64,000 nt of DNA from Eledone cirrhosa. Its lineage: Eukaryota. Positions within the stretch are counted from its first letter, which is position 1; each line of letters opens with the position of its first letter. The DNA is taken from contig OZ024743.1 of NCBI GenBank assembly GCA_964016885.1, forward strand, positions 144,150,001 to 144,214,000, read 5' to 3'. Made by a program: the position numbers and the translations under genes. Under the pieces are notes generated by a model. That model ran no database searches. It was not told where the DNA came from and saw nothing but the letters and a program-made list of their open reading frames with translations. Positions 1 through 9,925 of this stretch are shown one piece after another.

Positions 1-320
1 GATATAGTCACACATTGTTGGTACTGGAATACTGGGATATAGTCAAACATTGTTGGTACTGGAATACTGGGATATAGCCACACATTGTTGGTGCTGGAAT
101 ACTGGGATATAGTCACACATTGTTGGTACTGGAATACTGGGATATAGTCACACATTGTTGGTACTGGAATACTGGGATATAGTCACACATTGTTGGTGCT
201 GGAATACTGAGATGGTGGGATATAGTCAAACATTGTTGGTACTGGAATACTGGGATATTGTCAAATTTTGTTGGGACCAAAATATTAAGATGGTGGGATA
301 TAGTTGGAACCAGAATACTG
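1..320. repeat. 35-bp minisatellite (GATATAGTCACACATTGTTGGTACTGGAATACTGG)n, degenerating towards its 3' end; runs off the window start
   Basis: Head-to-tail copies with period 35 from position 1; no unique spacers. Confidence 0.95.
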
Positions 321-463
321 GATAGACAGGTCCAGTGGGTTGAATGTGTTAAATCAGTAATTTAAGGAATGTCAAAGAATACTCACACTTGATGGAATTG
401 AACCTTTTTTTATATCACCCCACCTGAAACTGACCCTAGTATTACAATATAAAACCATCTGTT

Positions 464-687
464 TTAACCCTTTAGCATTTAAACCGGACATATCCAGCCA
501 GAATTCTCTTTTTCTGTTCAAACTGGCTGTAACTGGCCATTCATACCTACATTAAGGTATTGTTCTCAAAATAAATAACATCAAAATCTTGTAGATTCAA
601 TATTATGTGAGATAATTATGTAACATAAAACCTTTACTGTGAAAATAAAATAGTAAATATAGAATAAACTAAATGCTAAAGGGTTAA
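464..687 (+). mobile_element. piggyBac-like MITE (~220 bp)
   Basis: TTAA at both ends; TIRs CCCTTTAGCATTTA / TAAATGCTAAAGGG; same family at 9696, 22107 and 50861. Confidence 0.8.
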
Positions 688-2461
688 AGTATTTTATTTA
701 AATTCAAACCTGCTCTCAAAATTATATGTAAAATTATTTTGTTACGTTAATTTCTAAACAACAGCTTAATAATAGAAAAAAATAGTTATTATAAACAAAC
801 CCAGTACAAGCTGTAAAGTGGTAGGTGATAAGATGGGCATCCAGACATAGAAAGCTTGCCGAACAAAGGGTTGGGAACACTCTTTAGTTGTGTCAAGGAC
901 ATAACAGTCTCCCTAGTGCTGGTGATCTACACAATAAAAGCACACTGTAAAGTGGTTCGTGTTAGGAAGGGCATCCAACCATAGAAAGCTTTCCAAACAA
1001 GGGGTTAGGAGGACCTTTCAGTTTGTGTTGAAATACACCACGACTTCTCCTTTGCACTCAATCATGATCGTATTTAAGCAGGACACAGACCCCTCGACCT
1101 GCCTGGAAAGTCAGTAGTCCTGCGTCAGTACTGACTTTGTCTTTGAAGACCCATCCAACCCTTGGTAGTAGGGAAAGCAGATGTTAAATGATGATCGCAA
1201 TTAAACCCTGTTCAATTCCTGATTATTTAGAATTGACACCCATAGATACAGTAGACAAGGAATTAGCAGAGTTGTTTGGGTGTCAGACAGAATGCTACGT
1301 GTAATTCATTCTGGTTGTCTGTGTTTTGAGTTCAAATCCCGCTGAAGCAACTTTGCCTTTCATCCTTTCAGTGTTGATAAAATACTAGTTTAGAACTGGA
1401 GTCTCTCTCTATATCTCCCTCCCTCTCTCTCTTTCTCTCCCCTCTCCGTCTAATCCACTCTCTCCTTCTACCCCTTTCCGTCTCTTTCTCTTTCCTTCTT
1501 CCTCTCTCTCTGTTTTGCTCTCCCCTGCCTCAAAATCAGATGTGGTTAAGCATAGTGAGGTATGGACACTACGAGGCATACAATGTCCAAGATGGCGCCT
1601 GTATAACTTCACTGGAATTTATATGATCTGTGATAAGTAACGAACAGAAATATGGAGACAAAAGCGTTAAACATCCTGTCTGAAATCTTTCACATTCAAT
1701 TGGTTATTAATGGGTGGACCCAGCTGGTGGCCAATTTAAACAGTAGATTTTCTTGTCAGGCATATGCAAAGACTTTGCTGAATTTTTAAGCTTAAGTATC
1801 ATATTATATCTTATCTCTCTTCTCTGCTATCTAAACTGCCATTATAATATATCTTTACATTTATATTGTATCAAAACTACCTAGATTATATATCTTGCCA
1901 AATTGCATTTAATCTCAATATATTTTTTTCTTTGGGGGTTCTGTTATCAAGCCAAAACATATTTGTAGTGAAATATCCTAGCTAATCTTCATTCCTTTGG
2001 TGATATAATATCATACCAAAAATAATCATCATCTTTATTATTAACAACTAATGGACCAGTGCCATCAATAATGATGGCAATAGTGTTGAACCTATTTATT
2101 TTTTGGAGTATTTAATTTTAAGGATTACTGGGCATATGAATAATCATTCAAACTGGGAGATTTATGTTTTGATGAATTAATGGTTTGCATAAGAGAAACT
2201 CTATAGTTTAAGTTGATTACTGACATGCAGAAATGATTAAAGATATTTTAATTTAGTTCTTGGATATAATTACATAAATATTCAGTATGTATGTAAAAAT
2301 GACATACAGGATTGAATAAATAAGATACTTTAAAGAAATAACTATTTACAAGAACATATGTGGGGTTAGAATCTTATGTTTGGAGGAGCAAACATCCTAA
2401 TGTAGCAACAAGACTGACATATGGAATGTATTGTGTGTGTAAATGTTAAAGTTACAGACAG

Positions 2462-2492
<31 letters not shown>

Positions 2493-2847
2493 TACAAACA
2501 TATTATTATGGTTCATAATGCTTTCAAATATAAGCCGATCCCATATTTTATGTCTGGGAATAGGCAAAAATCCAAACCCTGTTTATAAGCCAAGGCAGGT
2601 AATCAACCTATGTTTAAATGGTGCAGTTTTGAAATTCTCATTAAAGGAGAATATATTTATAAAGTTTTAATATATATATTTCGATATTTTTTTTGTCTTT
2701 CCCAGACCTTTTTTCTGTTTCTCCATTGTGATCCTGAAGAAGGACTTAAGTCCGACACATTGAACTTTCTTTCCTCTTTCCAATATAAAGTGTGAAACTA
2801 ATAAGACTTTTTATACCTCTGTTGTCTCCTTGAAATGTATGTATATA

Positions 2848-3182
2848 TCATCATCATCATTTTACGTCCGCTTTTCCCTGCTTGCAAGGGTGGGACGGGA
2901 ACTGATTCTGGCTTGATTTCTACAGCTGGATGCCCTTCCTAACACCAACCTCGTTTACAGTGAGTGCTGGGTGCTTTTCTTCCGTGGCACCTCCACCACC
3001 ACTTTACAGTGGAATGATAGGGACCCCAGTTCCTATCATCTCATTTCTACAGCTGAGTAAACTGGAGCAATGTGAAATAAAGTGTCTTGCTCAAGGAAAC
3101 AACACATCACCCGGTCTGAGAATTGAACTCACAGCCTTTTGATTGCAAGGCCAATGCTCTAACGACTAAGCCATGTGCCTCT
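2848..3182 (-). mobile_element. tRNA-derived SINE family A (CORE-like body, RTE-type 3' tail)
   Basis: Reverse complement of the 35050-35382 copy; A/B boxes, CCTTGAGCAAGACACTT motif, (ATG)n tail. Confidence 0.85.
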
Positions 3183-3584
3183 ATATATATATATATGCCC
3201 AGGCCCCACTGTGTTGTGTCGGTGACACAACAAAGGTACCCAGTCCACACTGTAAAGTGATCGTATAGAAGTCACAACAAAAAGCATCCAGCACACATTG
3301 TAAATGTGGTTGGCATTAGGAAGGACATTCAGCTGTAGTAAACCAGCCAGAAACTCTCCTATATGAGCGAGACATGGTCACCCAACCCAACTTGCCTCTA
3401 AATGGGACAAACCCATCTAACCCATGCTAGCGTTGAAGATGGTATATATGCATGCTAGTGTGGAAAAATGGATGTAAAACGGTGATGATGATTATATATA
3501 TATATATATATATAAACAAGGTTTAGCAAATAATGAAAAAGTTTCAAAATAAATTTTAAAAAATTGACTTTACCTACTATAGTT

Positions 3585-3667
3585 ACCTTTACCGATCGGT
3601 TTCGAATCCCAAAAATAAACGGAGACCATACGGCCTTCGTTGCAAAGAAAGATTCTCGTCAGAAGGT
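3585..3667 (-). ncRNA. Type I hammerhead ribozyme
   Basis: Minus strand reads ACCUU-CUGACGA-GAAUCUU...GGGAUUC-GAAA-CCGAUCGG-UA-AAGGU: complete core, stems I, II and III all pair, GUA cleavage triplet. Confidence 0.85.
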
Positions 3668-4006
3668 TCTTTTCATTCGAAGAATATAAAATTCTTGAAT
3701 TTAAATTACGAACTAGCGCTATCCAAAACTGTTCCTGGGATGAGAGTGAATGATGTGGAATCAATTTTTTCAAGGGCCGAAGTAAAGATAGAGGCAGAGG
3801 GAGGTAGGTCAAACCGGCCGCAACTATCACTAGCAGCAGTCGGAACGACCCAATTTGTCTCTCAAATATATATATATATATATATATAAAATGTTTTCAA
3901 TGTCATCCCCATTATGTAATTATTATTTTACAAATTTCTGACCATTTTAAAGGCCATATTCAAGGAAAACATATCAAAAACAATAGGAAATACATATTTC
4001 ATGTCA

Positions 4007-4075
4007 AAAGTGAAACTGGTGTAATATTCACTCCCAAAGTGAAATTAGTGTAATATTCACCTTCAAAGTGAAAAT
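4007..4075. repeat. Short tandem repeat, ~2.5 copies of a ~28-bp unit (AAAGTGAAAYTRGTGTAATATTCAC...)
   Basis: Direct repeats visible in sequence. Confidence 0.7.
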
Positions 4076-5029
4076 ATTTTAGCATCTCATTTACGTGGAA
4101 TTTTGAAGTTGGTGAAAATTGGCAAAATATTGATCTGAAATATAAGCTGAACCCCCTATTTTATCAATGATTTTTTATCACATATTTCTAGGATTATATA
4201 CAAGTAAACATAGTACTTTATATACTTACAGAGGTAAAATAACAGACATCTACTTGAAAATTCTTTTTATGTTGTGCTAATCTCTCTTTTTTACTATTCT
4301 TGGTAACATTTACTTCTGGTACAGTCTTTTTTGTGTAATGTGTTACTACATGTCTGATAAATTGGACTCAATAGGCCGCTTTTTAGCCTTTATTGTTGTC
4401 TCTTTGAAACTAACAGTAATATGTTTTGAGACAAGGATACTATAACTGTAATATCAGTATGATATACATATTGAGTAAAGTAATATTTTCTGGAAAAACA
4501 AATGTTGCAGGGATTTAGATGTTTCAGTAATAGCACCTCTTTAGACTGTGAGTGTGAATCTTTCCTTAGTCAAGTTATATGTTTACTTCTATTGGTTGGC
4601 TCTAGTGGACAGGGTCAGTTGTTATATGTTGATAATAGTAGGGTGTATGTTATTTAATCTATTAGGTGTTACCATATATATATATGTATACATGTATGTA
4701 TGTAAAAGGTAAGCACAAATAACACAAATGTCACACACGCGCTTGTACATTCACTCCTAGATTCCTATGGCTCTCTTATGGTCAGAAATATATACTCTTA
4801 CAGTTGATATAGACCAACTAAATATGCACACACACCTCTACTTTTCCATTCACAACTCTGTATATACACACACACACACACACATCCTTATATTTTCATA
4901 TTTTTGCTCACAGCTTCGTACTTACAAGCATGCACACACACTCTTTCACTTACATATACACTCACATATCCTCTTAGCTTCATACAGATGTATATATATA
5001 TATGTAAATATATATACCATCACCATCAT

Positions 5030-5365
5030 CATCATCGATTAACGTCTATCTTCCACACTAGCATGGGTTAGGCGGGTCCCATTTAGAGGCAAGTTGGGTC
5101 GGGAGACCGTGTCTCGCTCATATAGGACTGTTTCTGGCTGGATGCCCTCCTAACGCCAACCACCTTGAGAGTGTTGTGTTGAGTGCTTTTTGATGTGTTT
5201 TTTACACGTCCACTTTACAGTGTGGGCTGAGTGCTTTTGGGGCTGGTTTTCTATGGCTGGATGCCCTCCTAACGCCAACCACCTTGAGAGTGTGTGTTGA
5301 GGGCTTTTTGATGTGTTTTTTACACGTCCACTTTACAGTGTGGGCTGGGTGCTTTTTGTTGTGAC
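5030..5365 (-). mobile_element. RTE-related SINE/LINE-end fragment with an internal ~120-bp tandem duplication
   Basis: GGCTGGATGCCCTCCTAACGCCAACCACC... occurs at ~5136 and ~5255; (CAT)n tail at ~5025. Confidence 0.65.
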
Positions 5366-6374
5366 ACCTATATATAGTAGTTAGTAAAATTCCAATGGAA
5401 GGCATACTTTGTTTTGGTTGTCCAGTAAGCTTTTTGTGAACTTCATTATTCAATGCCCTTTTCCTAGCAAGGGTTGGATGGGTCTTCAAGTGGGGCTCTG
5501 GATGTCTTAGATAGGCTGGGGATCTATATTTCCCTTATATATGGTTCTGCCCTCTACCAAGGGAATTTTATAGTGAAACAAGTACTAGGGAGATCATTTG
5601 TTTGACACAGCTGAAGGGTTTGCCTGACCTCTTGCTTGGCAGGATTTTTAATGCTGGATGCCCTTTCCATCCCCAACCACTTTGAGTGTATTGGGTGTTT
5701 TTATTGGGGAGATCACCATCAGTAGGGAGGTTGTCATATCTTCAACACAATTGAAAGGTCCTCCAACCATTTCATATATATATATAAACAAAACCTTATC
5801 TACCCTCTCACAAATATATATATATAGCGACTACAACAACAGCAACAACACTATTGTCTGCAGCAGCAGCATCAGTGAAATGAACAACAACAACGGCAGC
5901 AGCAGCAACAACAACAACAATGACAACGGCTGCCATCACCATCACTGACACCATCCACCACCAGCGATCAGGCCTTAAGAAGAAGAAAACAACTATAATA
6001 CTAAATAACTATTGTGTTCTTGGCACAGGGCAGCAATTGTCCCAGCGCATTGCTGGTGCTTTGTTTTCGGGCCCGGAGCGTGGAGGGCAGTTGCTCTATG
6101 CTGTAAAGCAAACAATTATTATTATTATATAAAAACTGAACTGTAAAAGTCAACAGTTGACATGATCTTGTATCAGTACTGATGGTAATATATGTATGTG
6201 TGTATGTGTGTGTGTGTTTGTATGCATGAGTGTTGGTGTGTGAGTGAGTGTGTGTGCCGTGAGTGTCAATAAGTGGTGTTTTTTTTTTTTTTTTGTTATG
6301 ACCAGGCTGTAAAATGGAGGGGTAGAGAGGGCCCATGAGTCCAGTAAGACATCCTCTCTAGTGCTAGTGGCATG

Positions 6375-9051
6375 AATAAAAGCACCCAGTCCATGCTCTA
6401 AAGTGGCACTGGTGTTAGGGAGAGCATCTAACCAGTGTACCAATGCCAAATCAATTATGAGCGCAGCAACAAATATATAGGAACAACAAAAATATGAAGA
6501 CGTCCCATCTCAGAGTTGCAACACTTAATGTTGGCACTCTCACAGGTAGATCTGGTGAAATAGTGGAGATGCTGGAGAGAAGGCATGTGGATGTGTGCTG
6601 CGTGCAAGAGGTGAGATGGAGAGGTGCCTCTGCGAGACTAGTCGCAGGCAAACATCTTAGCTATAAGCTTTTCTGGGTAGGTAAGGATGATGGGTTAGGG
6701 TGAGTAGGAATTTTCCTGGCTGAGAGATGGATCAATAAGACAATAGAGGTAGTTTGAGTTAATAATCGAATAATTAAGCTTAGATTAGTTGTAGGCAGGA
6801 GACTACTGACAATCATCTCTGCCTATGCTCCCCAAGCAGGCCTAGGCAAAGAAGAGAAAGACTGCTTTTACGAGCAACTTTTACAAACAGCCGCAATGAC
6901 AGAGGATGGAGACATCGTTATGCTAGCAGGGGACTTCAATGGTCATGTTGGACAGCTCCAGGATGGTTACACTGAGGTACATGGTGGGCATGGTTACGGC
7001 TCAAGAAATGAAGGAGTGAGACTTCTTGAATTTTGTGATGCAAGTACACTGACTATTTGCAACACTAACTTTCTGATACCTGCCAACCACCTAATAACCT
7101 ACAAATCAGGCAAGCACATAAGCCAGATTGACTTCTTACTAGTTAGGCAGCGGGACAGGCAGATGGCGACAAATACCAAGGCATACCCTGGGGAAGAATG
7201 TACCCCATAGCATAGGCTAGTTGCTGGTGATATCTCAGTAAGCAAGAGATGGAATGAGACATACAGGAAGGTGTGGAGAAGAAAGGTCTGGAAGCTAAAA
7301 GACCTTTCACTAAAATACAAATTTAGGAAAGCCCTTCAAGATGTGTGCGACGAAAAAGAAGACGATTTAGAGTCGTATGACATAGATATATAGAATATAG
7401 GGTCCAAGAGGCGATTAAGGAAATGAAAAATGGTAAGGCTGCTGGACCATCGGGGATAGTTGCTGAGATGCTGAAAGCATCAGGGGACGTAGGCACTAAA
7501 CTGGTTGCACGCATCATCAATCAGGCTATATATGGTGGTGTCATACCCAAAGACTGGTGCAACAGTATTCTCATAAATTGTTACAAAGGTAAAGGGGATG
7601 CTCTGGAGAGGAGCAATTATAGGGGTATAAAACTGATGGATCAGGTTATGAAAGTGGCAGAAAGGACAACTAATTAGAGAAAGGGTCAAACTAGATGAGA
7701 TGCAGTTTGGTTTTGTGCCTGGGAAAAGTACAACAGATGCCCTCTTCTTGGTGCGACAAAGAGGTTCTTAGAGAAGAATAAGCCACTATACTTAGCCTTT
7801 GTTGACCTAGAGAAGGCCTTTGATAGGGTACCCTGATCTGTCATCTGGTGGTCCCTAAGGAAACTAGGTGTTGAAGAATGGCTCGTGAGGACAGTGCAAA
7901 CTTTGTACAGAGGTGCTGTCAGTAAAGTCAGGGTAGGAATGGAGTTTATTGAGGAATTCCAGATACAAGTAGGAGTACATCAAGGTTCAGTCTTCAGCCC
8001 GCTCTTGTTCATTATAGTCCTCCAAGCCATAACAGAGGAGTTTAAGACTGGCTGTCCATGGGAACTTCTCTATGCTGACGATCTGGTTCTTATAGCAGAA
8101 TCAGTAGAGGAACTAGAGAATAAATTCTGGCTATGGAAACAGCAGTTGGAAGCAAGAGGACTGAGAGTGAACCTAGCTAAGACAAAAGTGTTTGATGAGT
8201 AGAAAAGAGGACAAAACTCTGATTCTGTCAGGGAATTGGCCATGTTCGATATGCAGAAAAGGAACTGGCATAAATTCTATAAAATGCACACAATGCAGAT
8301 CCTGGGTACATAAGAGATGTAGTGGGATAGCAGGCAAACTAACAGGTAGGGAGAAATACGTATGCAGTAGATGTACAGGGAAATTAGACAGTAGAAGTCG
8401 CATTGATAGACACATTTTTCAAATGCAGGCAGGTGCTATAGAAGTGGTGGATAGCTTCCGGCACCTAGGAGATCAGATCAGCATGGGAGGGGGGAGTCCC
8501 GAGTTCATAGTATCTAGAATAAGAACGGGTTGGAAGAAGCTTAGGCAGCTGCTGACGAAGAAGGGTTTCTCCCTGCGTACGAAAGGCCGGTTATATGATG
8601 CCTGTGTGAGGAGCGCAATGCTGCATGGTAGTGAGACATGGGCAGCAACTGCAGAGGATATGCGACGGCTGGAGAGAAATGAGGCAAGTATGCTCCGTTG
8701 GATGTGCAATGTTAATGTGCGTGAACGACCCAGCATGGATGTGTTGAGAGAGAAACTGTGTCTGAGAGGGATAGAATGTAGTGTGCGAGAGAGGAGACTG
8801 CGGTGGTATGGACATGTGATGCGCATGGAGGATGACCGATGGGTGAAGAAGTGCCAGGAAATGCCAGTTGAAGGAAGACGTGGTAGAGGTAGACCATGAA
8901 AAACATGGGTGGAGGTGGTGAGAACAGACCTCAGATCGCTGAAGCTCACGGTGGAGATAACGAAGGACAAGTGACAAGTGGAGAGATGATGTGCTGAATA
9001 AGACCCATCCTACCCTTGCAAGCAGGGAAAAGCGGACGTAAAATGATGATG
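6375..9051 (+). mobile_element. Near full-length but inactivated RTE-clade LINE (APE endonuclease + RT + PHD-like finger), linker deleted
   Basis: EN motifs LRVATLNVGTLTG, CVQEVRW, GDFNGHVG, QIDFLL; RT motifs GVHQGSVFSPLLF and LLYADDLVL; RLRWYGHVMRM..GRRGRGRP; (ATG)n tail; many stops and frameshifts. Confidence 0.93.
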
Positions 9052-9185
9052 ATATATTCTAATTAACTTTTCTCAATCTATTTTTCCTATACTTGGAAAC
9101 ATTTATTACGTATATATAATCATTTAAAATTAAGATATTATAGGTTGTCTGTTTTTACGAGAGAGTTAAAGAGTTTATTCTACAA

Positions 9186-9371
9186 TAATTGTTTCTACTT
9201 TAGACACAAGGCCAGCAATTACCCAGTGCATTACTGGTACTTTATTTTATCGACCCCGTAAGAATGAAAGGCAAAGTCAACCTCGGCGGGATTTGAACTC
9301 GGATCGTAAAGGGACGTAACTATGCTGGAAAGCATGGCATCCGACCCTCTACTGATACTGCCAATCCACCT
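9186..9371 (-). mobile_element. tRNA-derived SINE family B (Nin/Deu-like central domain)
   Basis: Reverse complement of the 58018-58206 copy. Confidence 0.8.
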
Positions 9372-9526
9372 AATGAGAGAAAAATTATCTCATATATGTT
9401 ACATATATTTGAAATTCACAGTTTTAAAATCCTTTTTACTTTTCTTGTATTTGAATAACTCTACTTTAATTAAGACTGTATTATTTCAATGTTTTATTAA
9501 TATCTTTTGTTTTGTTTATTTTACAG

Positions 9527-9664
9527 GACAGGGATAAACTTGAGCAAATGTTTGATATATTGAAAAATAGTGTCAGCCTGCTGCCAGCTGGGAACTCTGA
9601 AGATGCTGGTGACGTATTGCTTTCCCTGGAGAACAGCTGGAGAGATATTGTGAAGGATGCTTCT
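9527..9664 (+). CDS. PLEKHG5: PLEKHG5-like RhoGEF exon A (DRDKLEQMFDIL...LSLENSWRDIVKDAS), pre-DH region
   Basis: ttttacag acceptor, gtaagt donor, 138 bp open, phase 0/0; LENSWRDIV resembles PLEKHG5 LEDSWRELI. Confidence 0.85.
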
Positions 9665-9695
9665 GTAAGTCACTATTTATAGAATAACAAAGGCC

Positions 9696-9925
9696 TTAAC
9701 CCTTTATCATTTAAACTGGCTGTATCTGGCCAGAATTCTCTCATTTCTTTCTATTTAAATTGGACGTAACCAGCCACTCATACTGATTTTAAGGTATTGT
9801 TCTCAAAATAAATAATATCCCAAATCTCATAGATTCGATATTATGTGAGATAATTATGTGAAATAAAGTGTTTAGCATGAAAATACAATAGTAAATATAG
9901 AGTAATATAAATGCTAAAGGGTTAT
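9696..9925 (+). mobile_element. piggyBac-like MITE
   Basis: TTAACCCTTTATCATTTA ... TAAATGCTAAAGGGTTAT; homologous to 464-687. Confidence 0.8.

Noticed and set aside
1-320. CRISPR-like 35-bp repeats
   Set aside because: Units are contiguous with no unique spacers; eukaryotic context; no cas genes
5826-5965. Asn/Ser/Gln-rich ORF as an upstream RhoGEF exon
   Set aside because: Composed of CAA/CAG/CAC microsatellites, without a convincing acceptor/donor pair or homology
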